Notes: generated by a model not told the origin, from the sequence alone. A stretch of 64,000 nt of DNA from a bacterium (GCA_963674595.2 CAXXFV010000005.1:1-64000); one strand, 5' to 3'. Shown: positions 1 through 10,954, counted from the stretch's first letter. Numbers and translations: made by a program.

Positions 1-10
1 GCAATAGAAT

Positions 11-898
11 ATGAAAGGCATCATCCTGGCCGGAGGGGCCGGTACAAGACTTTATCCCATAACACAGGTTGTCAGTAAACAACTGCTGCCGATTTATGAC
101 AAGCCTATGATTTATTATCCCTTGTCTGTACTTATGCTTGCAGGTATTCGGGATATTTTAATCATCACAACACCGGAAGAACAGGCAAGATTTAAAGATT
201 TGCTCAAAGACGGTTCTCAATGGGGAATTAATCTGTCCTATGCTATCCAGCCTCAGCCAAATGGTCTGGCTGAAGCTTTTATAATCGGAGAATCGTTTAT
301 TAATAACGAACCTGTTTGTCTTATTTTGGGTGATAATATTTTTTACGGGCACGAGCTTACAGATGTTTTAAACCACAGCCGTTATATACTTTCCAAACAA
401 AACGGGGCAGTCATTTTTGGTTATTATGTACGTGATCCCCAGCGTTATGGCGTGGTTGAATTTTCAGAGGATGGAACTGTTCTGAGTCTGGAAGAGAAAC
501 CGCAAAAGCCCAAAAGTCATTACGCTATTGTTGGATTATATTTTTATGACGAACATGTTTCCAGCTATGCCAGGCAATTAAAACCTTCTGCACGCGGTGA
601 ACTGGAAATTACCGACCTGAATAAAATGTATTTACAACAAGGTTCTTTAAAAGTGGAACTGTTTGGACGTGGTTTTGCCTGGTTGGATACGGGTACTCAC
701 GAAAGCATGATGGCGGCTTCCAGTTTTATAAAAACGATCGAAGACCGGCAAGGCGTAAAAATTTCCTGTCCGGAAGAAGTTGCCTACAGGCAGGACTGGA
801 TTGATAAAAAAACTGTATTAAAGCAAGCCGAACAATACAACTCGAATCAATACGGCGATTATTTAAGGGAAATGATAGAGCAAAGTTATGATATTTGA
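11..898 (+). CDS. rfbA: Glucose-1-phosphate thymidylyltransferase
   Basis: [33 protein letters not shown] and WLDTGTH motifs of RmlA. Confidence 0.97.
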   Translation: MKGIILAGGAGTRLYPITQVVSKQLLPIYDKPMIYYPLSVLMLAGIRDILIITTPEEQARFKDLLKDGSQWGINLSYAIQPQPNGLAEAFIIGESFINNEPVCLILGDNIFYGHELTDVLNHSRYILSKQNGAVIFGYYVRDPQRYGVVEFSEDGTVLSLEEKPQKPKSHYAIVGLYFYDEHVSSYARQLKPSARGELEITDLNKMYLQQGSLKVELFGRGFAWLDTGTHESMMAASSFIKTIEDRQGVKISCPEEVAYRQDWIDKKTVLKQAEQYNSNQYGDYLREMIEQSYDI

Positions 899-1421
899 AC
901 CGACCGGTATTGATGGATTGTGGATTATAAAACCGCGTATTTTTGAGGATGACCGCGGTTATTTTTTTGAAAGTTATAACAAGAGCCAATTTGATAAAAA
1001 TATAATAAAGGCTGATTTTATACAGGACAATGAAGCCAGGTCAACCTATGGCGTGTTACGTGGATTACATTTTCAAACGGCGCCCTATGAGCAGGCTAAA
1101 CTGGTACGGGTGATTGAAGGAAGCGTGTTGGATGTTGTTGTTGATCTGAGAAAAGGTTCAGAAACCTATGGTCAGCACTTTTCAATTGAACTGGATGGCA
1201 GGGAAAAAACACAGCTTTTTGTACCACGGGGCTTTGCACATGGCTATATCGTTCTCAGTCCTAAAGCTGTTTTCGCCTACAAAGTCGACAATCATTATTC
1301 AAAAGCACATGAACAGGGCATCCGCTTTAATGACCCTTTCCTGAACATTAACTGGCAGGTTCCTGAAAAGGATGTCATCCTCTCGGAAAAGGATGCCATA
1401 TTGCCGTTTCTAAATGGATAG
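888..1421 (+). CDS. rfbC: dTDP-4-dehydrorhamnose 3,5-epimerase
   Basis: [20 protein letters not shown] and VPRGFAHG motifs of RmlC. Confidence 0.96.
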   Translation: MIFEPTGIDGLWIIKPRIFEDDRGYFFESYNKSQFDKNIIKADFIQDNEARSTYGVLRGLHFQTAPYEQAKLVRVIEGSVLDVVVDLRKGSETYGQHFSIELDGREKTQLFVPRGFAHGYIVLSPKAVFAYKVDNHYSKAHEQGIRFNDPFLNINWQVPEKDVILSEKDAILPFLNG

Positions 1422-1512
1422 TTTGTTTTTTTAATTGTGTTTAAGAAAAAGTCTTTAGTAAAAATTCACATTATAATAAAATCATTCCTTTAATGTAAAT
1501 TATAGGAAAAAA

Positions 1513-2982
1513 ATGAAAAAGTTTTTTAAAATTTTGCTGATATTTTTATCGGTTGTTTTTTCAACCTGTACAAAGAACTTGACGGAATCTGAGAGCTTTA
1601 GCCTGACCGGTAAGGTGACCCTGGAAGGGCAGGCCGACCACAGCGGTATAACTGTTGCTTTGTACCCCCTGGTAGAATTAGATACGGCAATCGTCAATAT
1701 GCAGAAACGTTTTCCAACTGTGGGAATACCCATTTCACAAGCCACCGAATTTGACCACCGCTTGTCTGAACCAGTCTACCAAGCTAAAACCGACAAAGAC
1801 GGCAACTATATTTTGTACAACATTCCCCAGGATGAATACAACTTGGTAGTAGAAAAAAAAGGGTTTGGCTGGCATTATCTATATAATGTGACTAATTCAA
1901 CCAAGCCGGAAAATATTAAATTACTGCCTGAAATAGAAGTACAGGGTTCACTGGGGGAATATACTGTATGGAATGAAAACCAACATTTTGTTATTATTGA
2001 TGATATTACCGTACCTGAAAACGCAACATTGGTTATTGAACCTGGCGTTGTCGCTCGTTTTAACGGATATTTTAAATTAACTGTTTTGGGAAATTTAATC
2101 GTTAGCGGCAGTGAAACTGCTATGGTTAATTTTACCCATAACCGTGTTGTTAATTTTTCCACATCAAATGCTGAATTATGGGAAAAAATAAATATTCAGG
2201 GAATAAACAGTTCAGGGCAAATTAACTATGCTATATTTACTTTTTTTGAAAACGGATTAAAATGCGATATAGGATTTCTAAATATAAAATATTCTAAATT
2301 TAAACAGGTGAATAAAAGTAATATTTCAAATTCGAAAACTTGTTTATTTTTAGAAAAGGAAGCAAACAGTAATATTGAAAATAATATTATAGAGTCAAAT
2401 TATTTAGGAATACTTGCCGGTTCAAAATCCAATGGAGAAATAAAAAATAATTTTTTTTACATAAAAAGAGATTATTTTATAGATAAAGAATTAATTAAAA
2501 ATGCAAAAAGTATTTATTGTAACTTAGCATATCAAGTAATTTCTGATAATATTTTTATGAATATTGGTAATTGTGCAATATCATCATGTTATGCTTCCAA
2601 TACTATAATTTCGAATAATTATTTCCAAAATTGTTATAATTCTATCGATGTTTATAATTTTATGGAACTTAATGATTTTTGTTCGATAGTTAATAACACG
2701 TTCGTAAGTACAGTGATGAAATGTATAAAGAGTTGGGAAGGTATCATTAATATTAATAATAATAATTTTTTTAATACTAATAATAATCCCATTTTAACTT
2801 TAGTTGGTTTTCCATTATATAATATCGATGCTAAAAATAATTATTGGGAGGTTTTTTCGGTAGACGAAATTCAAAGAAGAATTTTAGATGATCGAAAAGA
2901 TTATGAAATAGAAAATAATGACAAAGATGTGATTGTCGAACCATTTAGTAAAGCTAGATATTTGAATTCTTACCCTAGATAA
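1513..2982 (+). CDS. Exported (probable lipo)protein with N-terminal carboxypeptidase-regulatory-like Ig domain and C-terminal right-handed beta-helix
   Basis: Signal peptide ending VFSTC; TDKDGNY..YNLVVEKKG; Asn-rich repeats; DAKNNYW. Confidence 0.65.
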   Translation: MKKFFKILLIFLSVVFSTCTKNLTESESFSLTGKVTLEGQADHSGITVALYPLVELDTAIVNMQKRFPTVGIPISQATEFDHRLSEPVYQAKTDKDGNYILYNIPQDEYNLVVEKKGFGWHYLYNVTNSTKPENIKLLPEIEVQGSLGEYTVWNENQHFVIIDDITVPENATLVIEPGVVARFNGYFKLTVLGNLIVSGSETAMVNFTHNRVVNFSTSNAELWEKINIQGINSSGQINYAIFTFFENGLKCDIGFLNIKYSKFKQVNKSNISNSKTCLFLEKEANSNIENNIIESNYLGILAGSKSNGEIKNNFFYIKRDYFIDKELIKNAKSIYCNLAYQVISDNIFMNIGNCAISSCYASNTIISNNYFQNCYNSIDVYNFMELNDFCSIVNNTFVSTVMKCIKSWEGIININNNNFFNTNNNPILTLVGFPLYNIDAKNNYWEVFSVDEIQRRILDDRKDYEIENNDKDVIVEPFSKARYLNSYPR

Positions 2983-3119
2983 ATATTTCGAAATTAGAGT
3001 GTAAATTTTGAGGAGAATACATTTATTTTTGAACGATATGACTCCTGATTAATTTTAAAAAATAAACTAGCTGGACGATAATTAATTTTGTGTTGATTTT
3101 TACAGGTGCTGTCCAACAT

Positions 3120-4562
3120 ATGTCTTTAAAAGATAGAGCACTTCACGGTTTTTTTTGGAGTTTTATTGATAGTCTTGGCGGACAAGGAATACAATTTATT
3201 GTTAGCATTGTATTAGCTCGTATGTTGACGCCAAGAGAGTTTGGTTTGATTGGAATGATTACAATTTTTATTGCAATCTCTCAAACTTTTATCGATAGCG
3301 GATTCAGGAACGCATTAATAAGAAAACAAAAGTGTACAGATGATGACTATTCCACCGTTTTTTATTTCAACCTTTTGATCAGTGTATTAGTCTATTTAAT
3401 TTTATTTTTTAGCTCTGACATAATTGCAGAATTTTTTAATGAACCAAGATTATCTAAACTATTGAAGATTTTGGGCATTGGATTGATTTTTAATGCATTT
3501 GGTATTATTCAAAGCACTATTTTTACTAAAAATATTGATTTTAAGAAACAAACACGAATCTCGATTAGCTGCTCGCTTATTGCTGGTATTATAGCTATTG
3601 CTGTAGCTAAGGTCGGTTTTGGTGTATGGAGTTTAGTTATTCTTACATTAGTTAAGTATGGTCTCAGTTCAGTCTTTTTGTGGTTATGGACAATTTGGAG
3701 ACCGAAACTTATTTTTAATTTGAGATCATTTACAGAACTTTTCTCTTTTGGCAGTAACTTACTACTAAGTGGGCTACTAAATACGATATATGAAAATGTC
3801 TATTATTTTATAGTTGGAAAGTATTTCTCTGCTGTACATCTTGGCTACTATACAAGAGCAGACCAATTTAAAATGTTACCCTCTCAAACTTTGACAGGTA
3901 TTATTACACGTGTTAGCTATCCGGTTCTTTCCTCAATCCAAAATGACAAATACGCGTTAAAGCATGGCTATAAAAGAATCATTCGTACCACTACATTTGT
4001 ATCCTTTATACTCATGATTGGTATGGCCGCAGTAGCAAAACCTATGATAATAGTACTAATTGGTGTAAAATGGTTAATTGCTGCTGAATATCTCCAAATA
4101 CTGTGTTTTGTTGGAATGTTTTATCCATTGCATGCTTTAAATCTAAGTATGTTACAAGTCGTAGGAAGATCAGATTTATTTCTAAGACTTGAAATCATCA
4201 AAAAAATTTTAGCTATGCCGACGATCATTATCGGAATAATTTTTGGTATAAAACCGATGATTTTTGGGATGATTGGAAATACTTTACTTGCATTCTATTT
4301 GAATAGTTATTGGAGCGGTAAATTTATCTCATATTCTTTCTCTGAACAAGTAAAAGACATATTGCCATCTTTTATGCTTGCATGTATAATGGGTTTAACA
4401 GTATTTTTTGCAGGACAAATACTACATCTACATATCTATATAAATTTAGTCATTCAAATCGTACTTGGAGCAATGGTAACTTGGGGAATTTGTGAATTAT
4501 TTAGGTTCTCTGATTATCTTTACTTTAAAGCAAGAATTATTGATCATTTCTATCGAAGGTAG
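3120..4562 (+). CDS. wzx: Polysaccharide flippase (WzxC-like)
   Basis: SIVLARMLTPREFGLIG, DSGFRNALI, many TM helices; start moved to ATG at 3120. Confidence 0.9.
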   Translation: MSLKDRALHGFFWSFIDSLGGQGIQFIVSIVLARMLTPREFGLIGMITIFIAISQTFIDSGFRNALIRKQKCTDDDYSTVFYFNLLISVLVYLILFFSSDIIAEFFNEPRLSKLLKILGIGLIFNAFGIIQSTIFTKNIDFKKQTRISISCSLIAGIIAIAVAKVGFGVWSLVILTLVKYGLSSVFLWLWTIWRPKLIFNLRSFTELFSFGSNLLLSGLLNTIYENVYYFIVGKYFSAVHLGYYTRADQFKMLPSQTLTGIITRVSYPVLSSIQNDKYALKHGYKRIIRTTTFVSFILMIGMAAVAKPMIIVLIGVKWLIAAEYLQILCFVGMFYPLHALNLSMLQVVGRSDLFLRLEIIKKILAMPTIIIGIIFGIKPMIFGMIGNTLLAFYLNSYWSGKFISYSFSEQVKDILPSFMLACIMGLTVFFAGQILHLHIYINLVIQIVLGAMVTWGICELFRFSDYLYFKARIIDHFYRR

Positions 4563-4564
4563 AC

Positions 4565-5683
4565 ATGAATAAACTTAAGCATCCAATCTATGTTACGCAA
4601 CCAGCCTTGCCTCCGTTACAAGAATTTGTTAAAAGTTTAGAGAGAATATGGGAAAATAAAATAATTACTAATAACGGACCATTTCATCAACAATTTGAAA
4701 AAGAGCTAGCTCAGTATTTAGGGGTTAATCATATTTCTGTGTTTGCTAATGGTACCCTTGCCTTAATTGCTGCCCTTCAGGCATTGAGAATCTCTGGTGA
4801 AGTTATTACAACTCCATATAGCTTCGTTGCAACAACCCACTCGCTTTGGTGGAATAATATCAAACCTGTTTTTGTGGATATTGAAGAAAATTATTTAAAC
4901 TTAGATCCTGAAAAGGTTGAAGCGGCAATAACACCCCAGACTACAGCAATAATGGCTGTACATGTTTATGGTAATCCTTGTAATATTAAATCGTTACAGC
5001 AAATTGCTGATACATATGGTTTAAAATTAATATATGATGCGGCCCATGCCTTTGGTGTTAAGATTAATAAGGATTCAATATTAAACTATGGAGACTTATC
5101 AATATTAAGTTTCCACGCAACAAAGGCTTTTAATACTATTGAGGGTGGTGCAATAATTATGCAGGATGAAAAGACTAAGAAACGAATTGATTATTTAAAA
5201 AATTTTGGATTTGCTGGTGAAACCATAGTTGTAGGCCCAGGAATTAATGCGAAAATGAATGAAATACAAGCAGCATATGGACTACATCAGCTCAGATATG
5301 TTGATGAGTATATTGAAAAGAGGAGAAATATTACAAACAAATATAGAGAAGCACTAGGTAATATCGCTGGGATTAGGCTTCTAAAAGACATATGTGATGT
5401 AAAACATTCGTATTCATATTTTCCTATTTTTATTGAAAAGAATTTTAGCAAATCGAGGGATGAAGTATATGAAGAGCTTAAGAAGCACAATATCTTTGGA
5501 AGACGATATTTCTACCCATTAATTAGCCAATTTCCGACATATCGCGGTTTACCATCCGCCCATAAAGAGAATTTACCAATTGCTGAAAAAATGGCACAAG
5601 AGGTGTTGTGCTTACCTCTCTATCCAGCCTTAAGTAATGACCAAATAATTAGTATTATTAATATAATTCAAGGTATGGCATGA
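4565..5683 (+). CDS. DegT/DnrJ sugar aminotransferase, VioA-like (dTDP-4-amino-4,6-dideoxyglucose synthesis)
   Basis: IYVTQPALPP, ITNNGPFHQ, IYDAAHAFG, SFHATK (PLP lysine), GINAKMNE, RRYFYP. Confidence 0.88.
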   Translation: MNKLKHPIYVTQPALPPLQEFVKSLERIWENKIITNNGPFHQQFEKELAQYLGVNHISVFANGTLALIAALQALRISGEVITTPYSFVATTHSLWWNNIKPVFVDIEENYLNLDPEKVEAAITPQTTAIMAVHVYGNPCNIKSLQQIADTYGLKLIYDAAHAFGVKINKDSILNYGDLSILSFHATKAFNTIEGGAIIMQDEKTKKRIDYLKNFGFAGETIVVGPGINAKMNEIQAAYGLHQLRYVDEYIEKRRNITNKYREALGNIAGIRLLKDICDVKHSYSYFPIFIEKNFSKSRDEVYEELKKHNIFGRRYFYPLISQFPTYRGLPSAHKENLPIAEKMAQEVLCLPLYPALSNDQIISIINIIQGMA

Positions 5684-6894
5684 AAAAAGCGATAGTACTG
5701 GGTGGTACACATGATCACATTAGTTTGATAAAGAAATTGAAGGAGAGAGGGTATTATAATATTTTAATTGATTATTATAAAAACCCACCTGCGAAAGAGT
5801 TTGCCAACTTACATCTCCAGGAGAGTGCACTAGATTATGATACAGTTTTAGATATAGCTAGAAATGAAGAAGCGAACTTAGTAATCGCAACATGTATTGA
5901 CCAAGCTCTATTAATTTCGGCTCGTGTTTCAGAGGAATTGGGATTGCCCTGCCACATAACGTATAAACAGGCACAGGAAGTAACTGATAAATCTGTTATG
6001 AAAGGAATTTTATGCCAGAATGATATTGCGACATCAGTTTTTCAAAATATATACAAATCAAGTGAAATTATTTCAACACAATTGAGATATCCTCTCGTCG
6101 TTAAACCGGCGGATGCAAATAGTTCAAAAGGCGTACAAAAAGTTGAAAATTTTAGCGATGCAAGACAAGCAATTATAAATGCACTAACATTTTCTCGAAC
6201 ACAGACTGTCGTTTTGGAGGAATTCATAGATGGTATCGAAATTAGTGCTGATGTAATAATTTTGGCTGGTAAAGTGAAAGTTCTAATGATATCAGAAAAT
6301 CAGAAATCGAATTTAAATACAAACAAGTTTACTATAGCTTTAAACATTTTCAGACACAAGTTGTATGAAAAATATAAGAATAAAGTGGAATTAATTGCCT
6401 ATAAAATTGCTAAAGCATTTAACATCAATAATTCCCCTTTACTAATACAGTTGTTAGTAAAAGATGATGAATTGTATGTTATTGAATTCAGTTCGAGAAT
6501 TGGAGGTGGATCAAAAATTCACTTAATAAAAAAAGTTACTGGTTTTGATATAATCGAATTTACTCTTGCTAATATCCTAAATGAGACGTTAAATATTCAT
6601 TATAGCAGTTATATAAAATACGCTGCAATTAAATATATTTATGCACAAAAGGGTAATTTTTGTTACATTGACGGAACTCATGAGTTATTAAAAAGCAATA
6701 TAATCGAAGACTTTTTTATGTACAAATCATTTGATACCCAAATAAATAATAATATTTCTAGCACTGACAGGATTATGGGTTTTCTATCAGTGGCGCATAA
6801 TGAATTACAATTACACGATAAAATTAAAAAGGCATTTTATAATATTAAAATTATAAATGAATTAGGCCAAAATATTAAATTGAACGATCTTTAA
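5680..6894 (+). CDS. ATP-grasp domain protein (putative amide ligase)
   Basis: DKSVMK, YPLVVKPADANSSKGV, LEEFIDGIEISAD, VIEFSSRIGGG. Confidence 0.85.
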   Translation: MKKAIVLGGTHDHISLIKKLKERGYYNILIDYYKNPPAKEFANLHLQESALDYDTVLDIARNEEANLVIATCIDQALLISARVSEELGLPCHITYKQAQEVTDKSVMKGILCQNDIATSVFQNIYKSSEIISTQLRYPLVVKPADANSSKGVQKVENFSDARQAIINALTFSRTQTVVLEEFIDGIEISADVIILAGKVKVLMISENQKSNLNTNKFTIALNIFRHKLYEKYKNKVELIAYKIAKAFNINNSPLLIQLLVKDDELYVIEFSSRIGGGSKIHLIKKVTGFDIIEFTLANILNETLNIHYSSYIKYAAIKYIYAQKGNFCYIDGTHELLKSNIIEDFFMYKSFDTQINNNISSTDRIMGFLSVAHNELQLHDKIKKAFYNIKIINELGQNIKLNDL

Positions 6895-6937
6895 TCATCC
6901 AAGAGGATAAATTGTTAGTATTAACTTGAGTACTCAA

Positions 6938-8023
6938 ATGTCACAGAGAGAAAAAAAATATGAGATTGCAGTAATTGGGGCAGGTAATGGGGGGCAAGCA
7001 ATAGCTGGACATTTAGCCATGCAAGGACATGGAATAAGATTGTATGATATTAATCTCCAAAAATTATCAAGAATCACGGAAACTGGGGGGATAGTTCTAA
7101 CCGGTGAAATTGAAGGATTTGGTCGAATTAAGACTATCACTTCAAACATTTTTAAGGCGGTTAAAAATGCGGACATTATTATGGTCGCCACTACAGCTGA
7201 TGCGCATCGAAATTTAGCTTATGACCTTGCTTCAATTGTAAAAGATGGACAAATTATTATGCTTAATCCTGGAAGAACTTTGGGTGCTTATGAATTTCGA
7301 TATATTTTTCAAAATGAAAAAGTAACTAAAAAGGTTTACCTCGTTGAGACACAAAGTCTGGTTTATGCTTGTCGGAGTGAAGTACCTGGGAATGTTCGAA
7401 TAATTGGTTATAAGGACAACGTATATTATGCCTCTTTACCGAGTATAGACAATATTGAAGTGAAAAAGATTATTACTTCACTCTATGAAAGCTTTCAACA
7501 AGTAGAAAATGTTTTAGTGACAAGTCTAGAAAATTTTGGTGCAATCTTTCATACGGTGATTGTACTGACTAATGCATCAAAAATAGAACGAGGTGAAGAT
7601 TTTTATTTTTATAATGATATTACTCCTCGTGTTTGTTCGCTCCTTGAAAAAGTTGACAATGAGAGAATTTTATTAGCTAAAGCCTTCGGTATTAAAGTCA
7701 AGAGCGCAGAGAATTGGATCAGTTTTGCATATAAAAATATTGAGGGAAAGGATTTACTTTCTAAAATGCAGCATAATCCTGCGTATTATAAGATTATGGC
7801 TCCCAAAACTTTATTTTCAAGATTACTACTCGAAGACATACCCACTGGTATTTTGCCTATGATAGAATTAAGCAGCTTGGCCAATATTGAATTGCCCCTT
7901 ATGAAAGCAATTTATGAATTTTCAGCTAATCTATTAGGAATTGATTTTAAGATGGAGGGTAGAACTTTGAAAAATTTAGGATTGAGTCATTTTTCAACGC
8001 ATGAATTTTTAGATTTATTATAG
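6938..8023 (+). CDS. NAD/NADP octopine/nopaline (opine) dehydrogenase family protein
   Basis: IAVIGAGNGGQA Rossmann motif, LNPGRTLGA, ETQSLVYACR, RLLLEDIPTG, EGRTLKNLGL. Confidence 0.88.
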   Translation: MSQREKKYEIAVIGAGNGGQAIAGHLAMQGHGIRLYDINLQKLSRITETGGIVLTGEIEGFGRIKTITSNIFKAVKNADIIMVATTADAHRNLAYDLASIVKDGQIIMLNPGRTLGAYEFRYIFQNEKVTKKVYLVETQSLVYACRSEVPGNVRIIGYKDNVYYASLPSIDNIEVKKIITSLYESFQQVENVLVTSLENFGAIFHTVIVLTNASKIERGEDFYFYNDITPRVCSLLEKVDNERILLAKAFGIKVKSAENWISFAYKNIEGKDLLSKMQHNPAYYKIMAPKTLFSRLLLEDIPTGILPMIELSSLANIELPLMKAIYEFSANLLGIDFKMEGRTLKNLGLSHFSTHEFLDLL

Positions 8024-8026
8024 AAT

Positions 8027-9895
8027 ATGCCACAAAAAATTGTGAATAATGATATATTTGGGTTTATTCGTCCTTCCATAGACGCGCATACATTGGGAAT
8101 TTTCTCTGTATCACAATTATTAAAAGATTGCGGTTACAGGGTAATCATCGCTGATGTAAGAGTAACTGACGTAGTAGCTAAAATTTCCAAAACAAATAAT
8201 CTATTCCTATTTAAAAAATGGATTATTGAAAACGGGATATCAAGACTCGGTTTTAGTTATCGCCTCGATCCTATTAGTGCCCAAGAAAATTTTGGAAGGA
8301 TAATTTATTTATTAAATGAGATTAAAGTACTCGATGAAGTGGAAGGGCCAATAAAAAGTGTCTATTTTGCCGGTCTTCCTGAAGCATGTCAGCGAATTAA
8401 AATAGAATACAATGGCAGGTTCCCCATTTTTATTGGAGATGAAACACCAACTGAAACTTTACAAAAAATAGGCGTACCTTATTTTAAAATTCCGAATGAA
8501 ATACTTAAAGGCTCAGAATATGATGAATTTCGATTAAAATTTGGCAAAGAATTAATAGAAAAAGAAAGTTATTTATATAGGTCTCCTTTTGATATATCTG
8601 GTTATCCGAATTTTGGTACGAGAAAAGATACAGTAATTAGTAGAATAAAACATCGCCAAACCAAGAGACAATTACCTTTGATAAGAGTTCACGTAGGACC
8701 CTATAATCCAAATTACATAGAAGCTTTGAAAGAATTTCAAAGCTGGCTTAAAGAACTTGCAAATGATGGTTGGCTTGATATTGTTTCAATTGGATCGAGT
8801 CAGCTATCCCAATCCGATTTTGGAGCAAATTGGGGAGATAAGCCAAACGGTGGTGGTGTTCCAATTAATTCTGAATTGGATCTGATTAATATATGGGAAG
8901 CTTCAAGACCAATGCTGGTGAGGACCTATGCTGGTACCAAGAATATCCCAAATCTTGCAAGAATTTATGAAAATACTATAAATATTGCTTGGCATGCATT
9001 GTCATTTTGGTGGTTTTGTGAAATTGACGGTAGAGGTAGTTACACAGTTAAGTATAATCTTGAGCAGCATATAGAAACTCTGAAGATAATCGCAGCTACT
9101 GGTAAACCTTTTGAAGCGAATGTTCCACATCATTTTGCCTTTAGGGGAGCGGATGATTATAGTTATGTTTTGTCTGGATATTTGGCTGCAAAGACTGCCA
9201 AAAAATATGGCATCAGATTTTTTATTATTCAAAATATGTTAAATACACCAAAGCACACATGGGGTTTTCAGGATTTGGCAAAAAGCAGAGCACTGTTCAG
9301 ACTGATCAAAGAATTGGAGGATGAGCATTTTACAGTTTTTTTACAACCTCGTGCGGGGTTAGATTATTTTTCCCCAGATTTGGAAAAAGCGAAAGCTCAG
9401 TTAGCAGCTGTTACTGCATTGATGGATGATATTGTCCCATCAGATGAATTTAATCCGGATATCATCCACGTTGTTAGTTATTCAGAAGCGATTGGTCTTG
9501 CCACTCCAAAAATTATTAATGAAAGCATTAAAATCACATTTGAGGCCCTTGAGTCATATCGAAGGTTGAAAAAGCAGAATAAAATGGAAAATATGCAACT
9601 CCATCGTGATACAAACGACAGAACGTTTGATATATATAATGAAGTAAAAAAAATGGTTTTTTTAATAGAAGCTTTTTATATAGATTTGTACTCTCCTAAA
9701 GGATTGTATGATATTTTTAGAGATGGAATAATGCCTGTACCATATTTATGGGAAAGAAGAGATGAGTTTAAGGAAGCTGTAAAATGGTCAACTTCCTTAA
9801 TTGATGGTGGAATAAAAGTTGTAGATGCAAATAATATACCGATTTCGCCAAGCAATAGAATTCAAAATATAATTGAAACCAAAAGGGACAACTAG
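8027..9895 (+). CDS. Cobalamin-binding protein, putative B12-dependent mutase-like enzyme
   Basis: N-terminal DAHTLG (DxHxxG) with downstream GFSYRL and YFAG elements, then a ~450-aa putative catalytic domain; no CxxxCxxC. Confidence 0.65.
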   Translation: MPQKIVNNDIFGFIRPSIDAHTLGIFSVSQLLKDCGYRVIIADVRVTDVVAKISKTNNLFLFKKWIIENGISRLGFSYRLDPISAQENFGRIIYLLNEIKVLDEVEGPIKSVYFAGLPEACQRIKIEYNGRFPIFIGDETPTETLQKIGVPYFKIPNEILKGSEYDEFRLKFGKELIEKESYLYRSPFDISGYPNFGTRKDTVISRIKHRQTKRQLPLIRVHVGPYNPNYIEALKEFQSWLKELANDGWLDIVSIGSSQLSQSDFGANWGDKPNGGGVPINSELDLINIWEASRPMLVRTYAGTKNIPNLARIYENTINIAWHALSFWWFCEIDGRGSYTVKYNLEQHIETLKIIAATGKPFEANVPHHFAFRGADDYSYVLSGYLAAKTAKKYGIRFFIIQNMLNTPKHTWGFQDLAKSRALFRLIKELEDEHFTVFLQPRAGLDYFSPDLEKAKAQLAAVTALMDDIVPSDEFNPDIIHVVSYSEAIGLATPKIINESIKITFEALESYRRLKKQNKMENMQLHRDTNDRTFDIYNEVKKMVFLIEAFYIDLYSPKGLYDIFRDGIMPVPYLWERRDEFKEAVKWSTSLIDGGIKVVDANNIPISPSNRIQNIIETKRDN

Positions 9896-10860
9896 TGGAA
9901 ACATTTGAGGTACTTGAAACAAGGTACTTATTACAGAAAGAATACTTAGGAGAGGAGAAACAGGTGAATAGAATTACTCCGGTTGTTTCTGTAACTGTTG
10001 CTACCTACCAACACTCAACATATATAAGAGATTGTTTGGATGGGATTTTGATGCAGGAAACAACGTTTCCTTTTGAGATTATTGTTGGTGAGGATGAGTC
10101 TTCGGATGGTACCAGAGAAATATGTATTGAATATGCAAAAAAGCATCCGGATAAAATAAGACTGTTTTTACGAGATAGAAAGCTTTCACAATACTATGAG
10201 AATGGAAAGTTTGTTACACGTTTTAATGGGATTTGGAATAGGATGTCTGCTCGTGGAAAATATATAGCTTGGTGTGAAGGTGATGATTATTGGACGGATA
10301 TATATAAATTACAAAAGCAAGTAGATTTTCTAGAAGAAAATAAAAATATTAGTTTCTGCTTTCACAATGCTAAAATTTTTTATTGTGACAGCGGATACTC
10401 TGTTCCTTTTAATGTTAAACTTGAATCACAAAGATATACAACAAAAGATATTTTGATCAAAGGCTGGATTGTACCTACTGCTTCGATCGTTATGCGTAAA
10501 GAATGCTTACCTTCTCCATTACCTAGCTGGTTTTACAACGTTTCCAGTGGTGACTATGCTTTAGAGTTACTATTGACAACCAATGGCGATTCCTATTATA
10601 TGAACGAGACAATGAGTATTTATCGAAAAAATGCGTTAAATAGTTTAAGTTTGCAAGGTAACAAGCCGCTGGAACATCTCTTCAATCTTTATTATTTACA
10701 AAGAGAATTTTTGAAAATACACTATAAGAAGGATCCATTAATCATGCATTATATACTTCTACGGACTAAATATAATATTATGAAAGTATGGATATACAAC
10801 CACTTTCAATTCGTTGAATATTTAAAAAACAAAATATTCTATTCACAAAAATTTATGTAA
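9895..10860 (+). CDS. Glycosyltransferase family 2
   Basis: VSVTVATY, EIIVGEDESSDGT, GKYIAWCEGDDYW. Confidence 0.93.
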   Translation: METFEVLETRYLLQKEYLGEEKQVNRITPVVSVTVATYQHSTYIRDCLDGILMQETTFPFEIIVGEDESSDGTREICIEYAKKHPDKIRLFLRDRKLSQYYENGKFVTRFNGIWNRMSARGKYIAWCEGDDYWTDIYKLQKQVDFLEENKNISFCFHNAKIFYCDSGYSVPFNVKLESQRYTTKDILIKGWIVPTASIVMRKECLPSPLPSWFYNVSSGDYALELLLTTNGDSYYMNETMSIYRKNALNSLSLQGNKPLEHLFNLYYLQREFLKIHYKKDPLIMHYILLRTKYNIMKVWIYNHFQFVEYLKNKIFYSQKFM

Positions 10861-10954
10861 CTTTAAATCAGTTTGGGAAATTGGGTAAAATGAAGTTCTA
10901 TAATGATACTTCAGATGTTTTTATGCTTACTAGGTTTAAAAGGTCTATTCAAAA

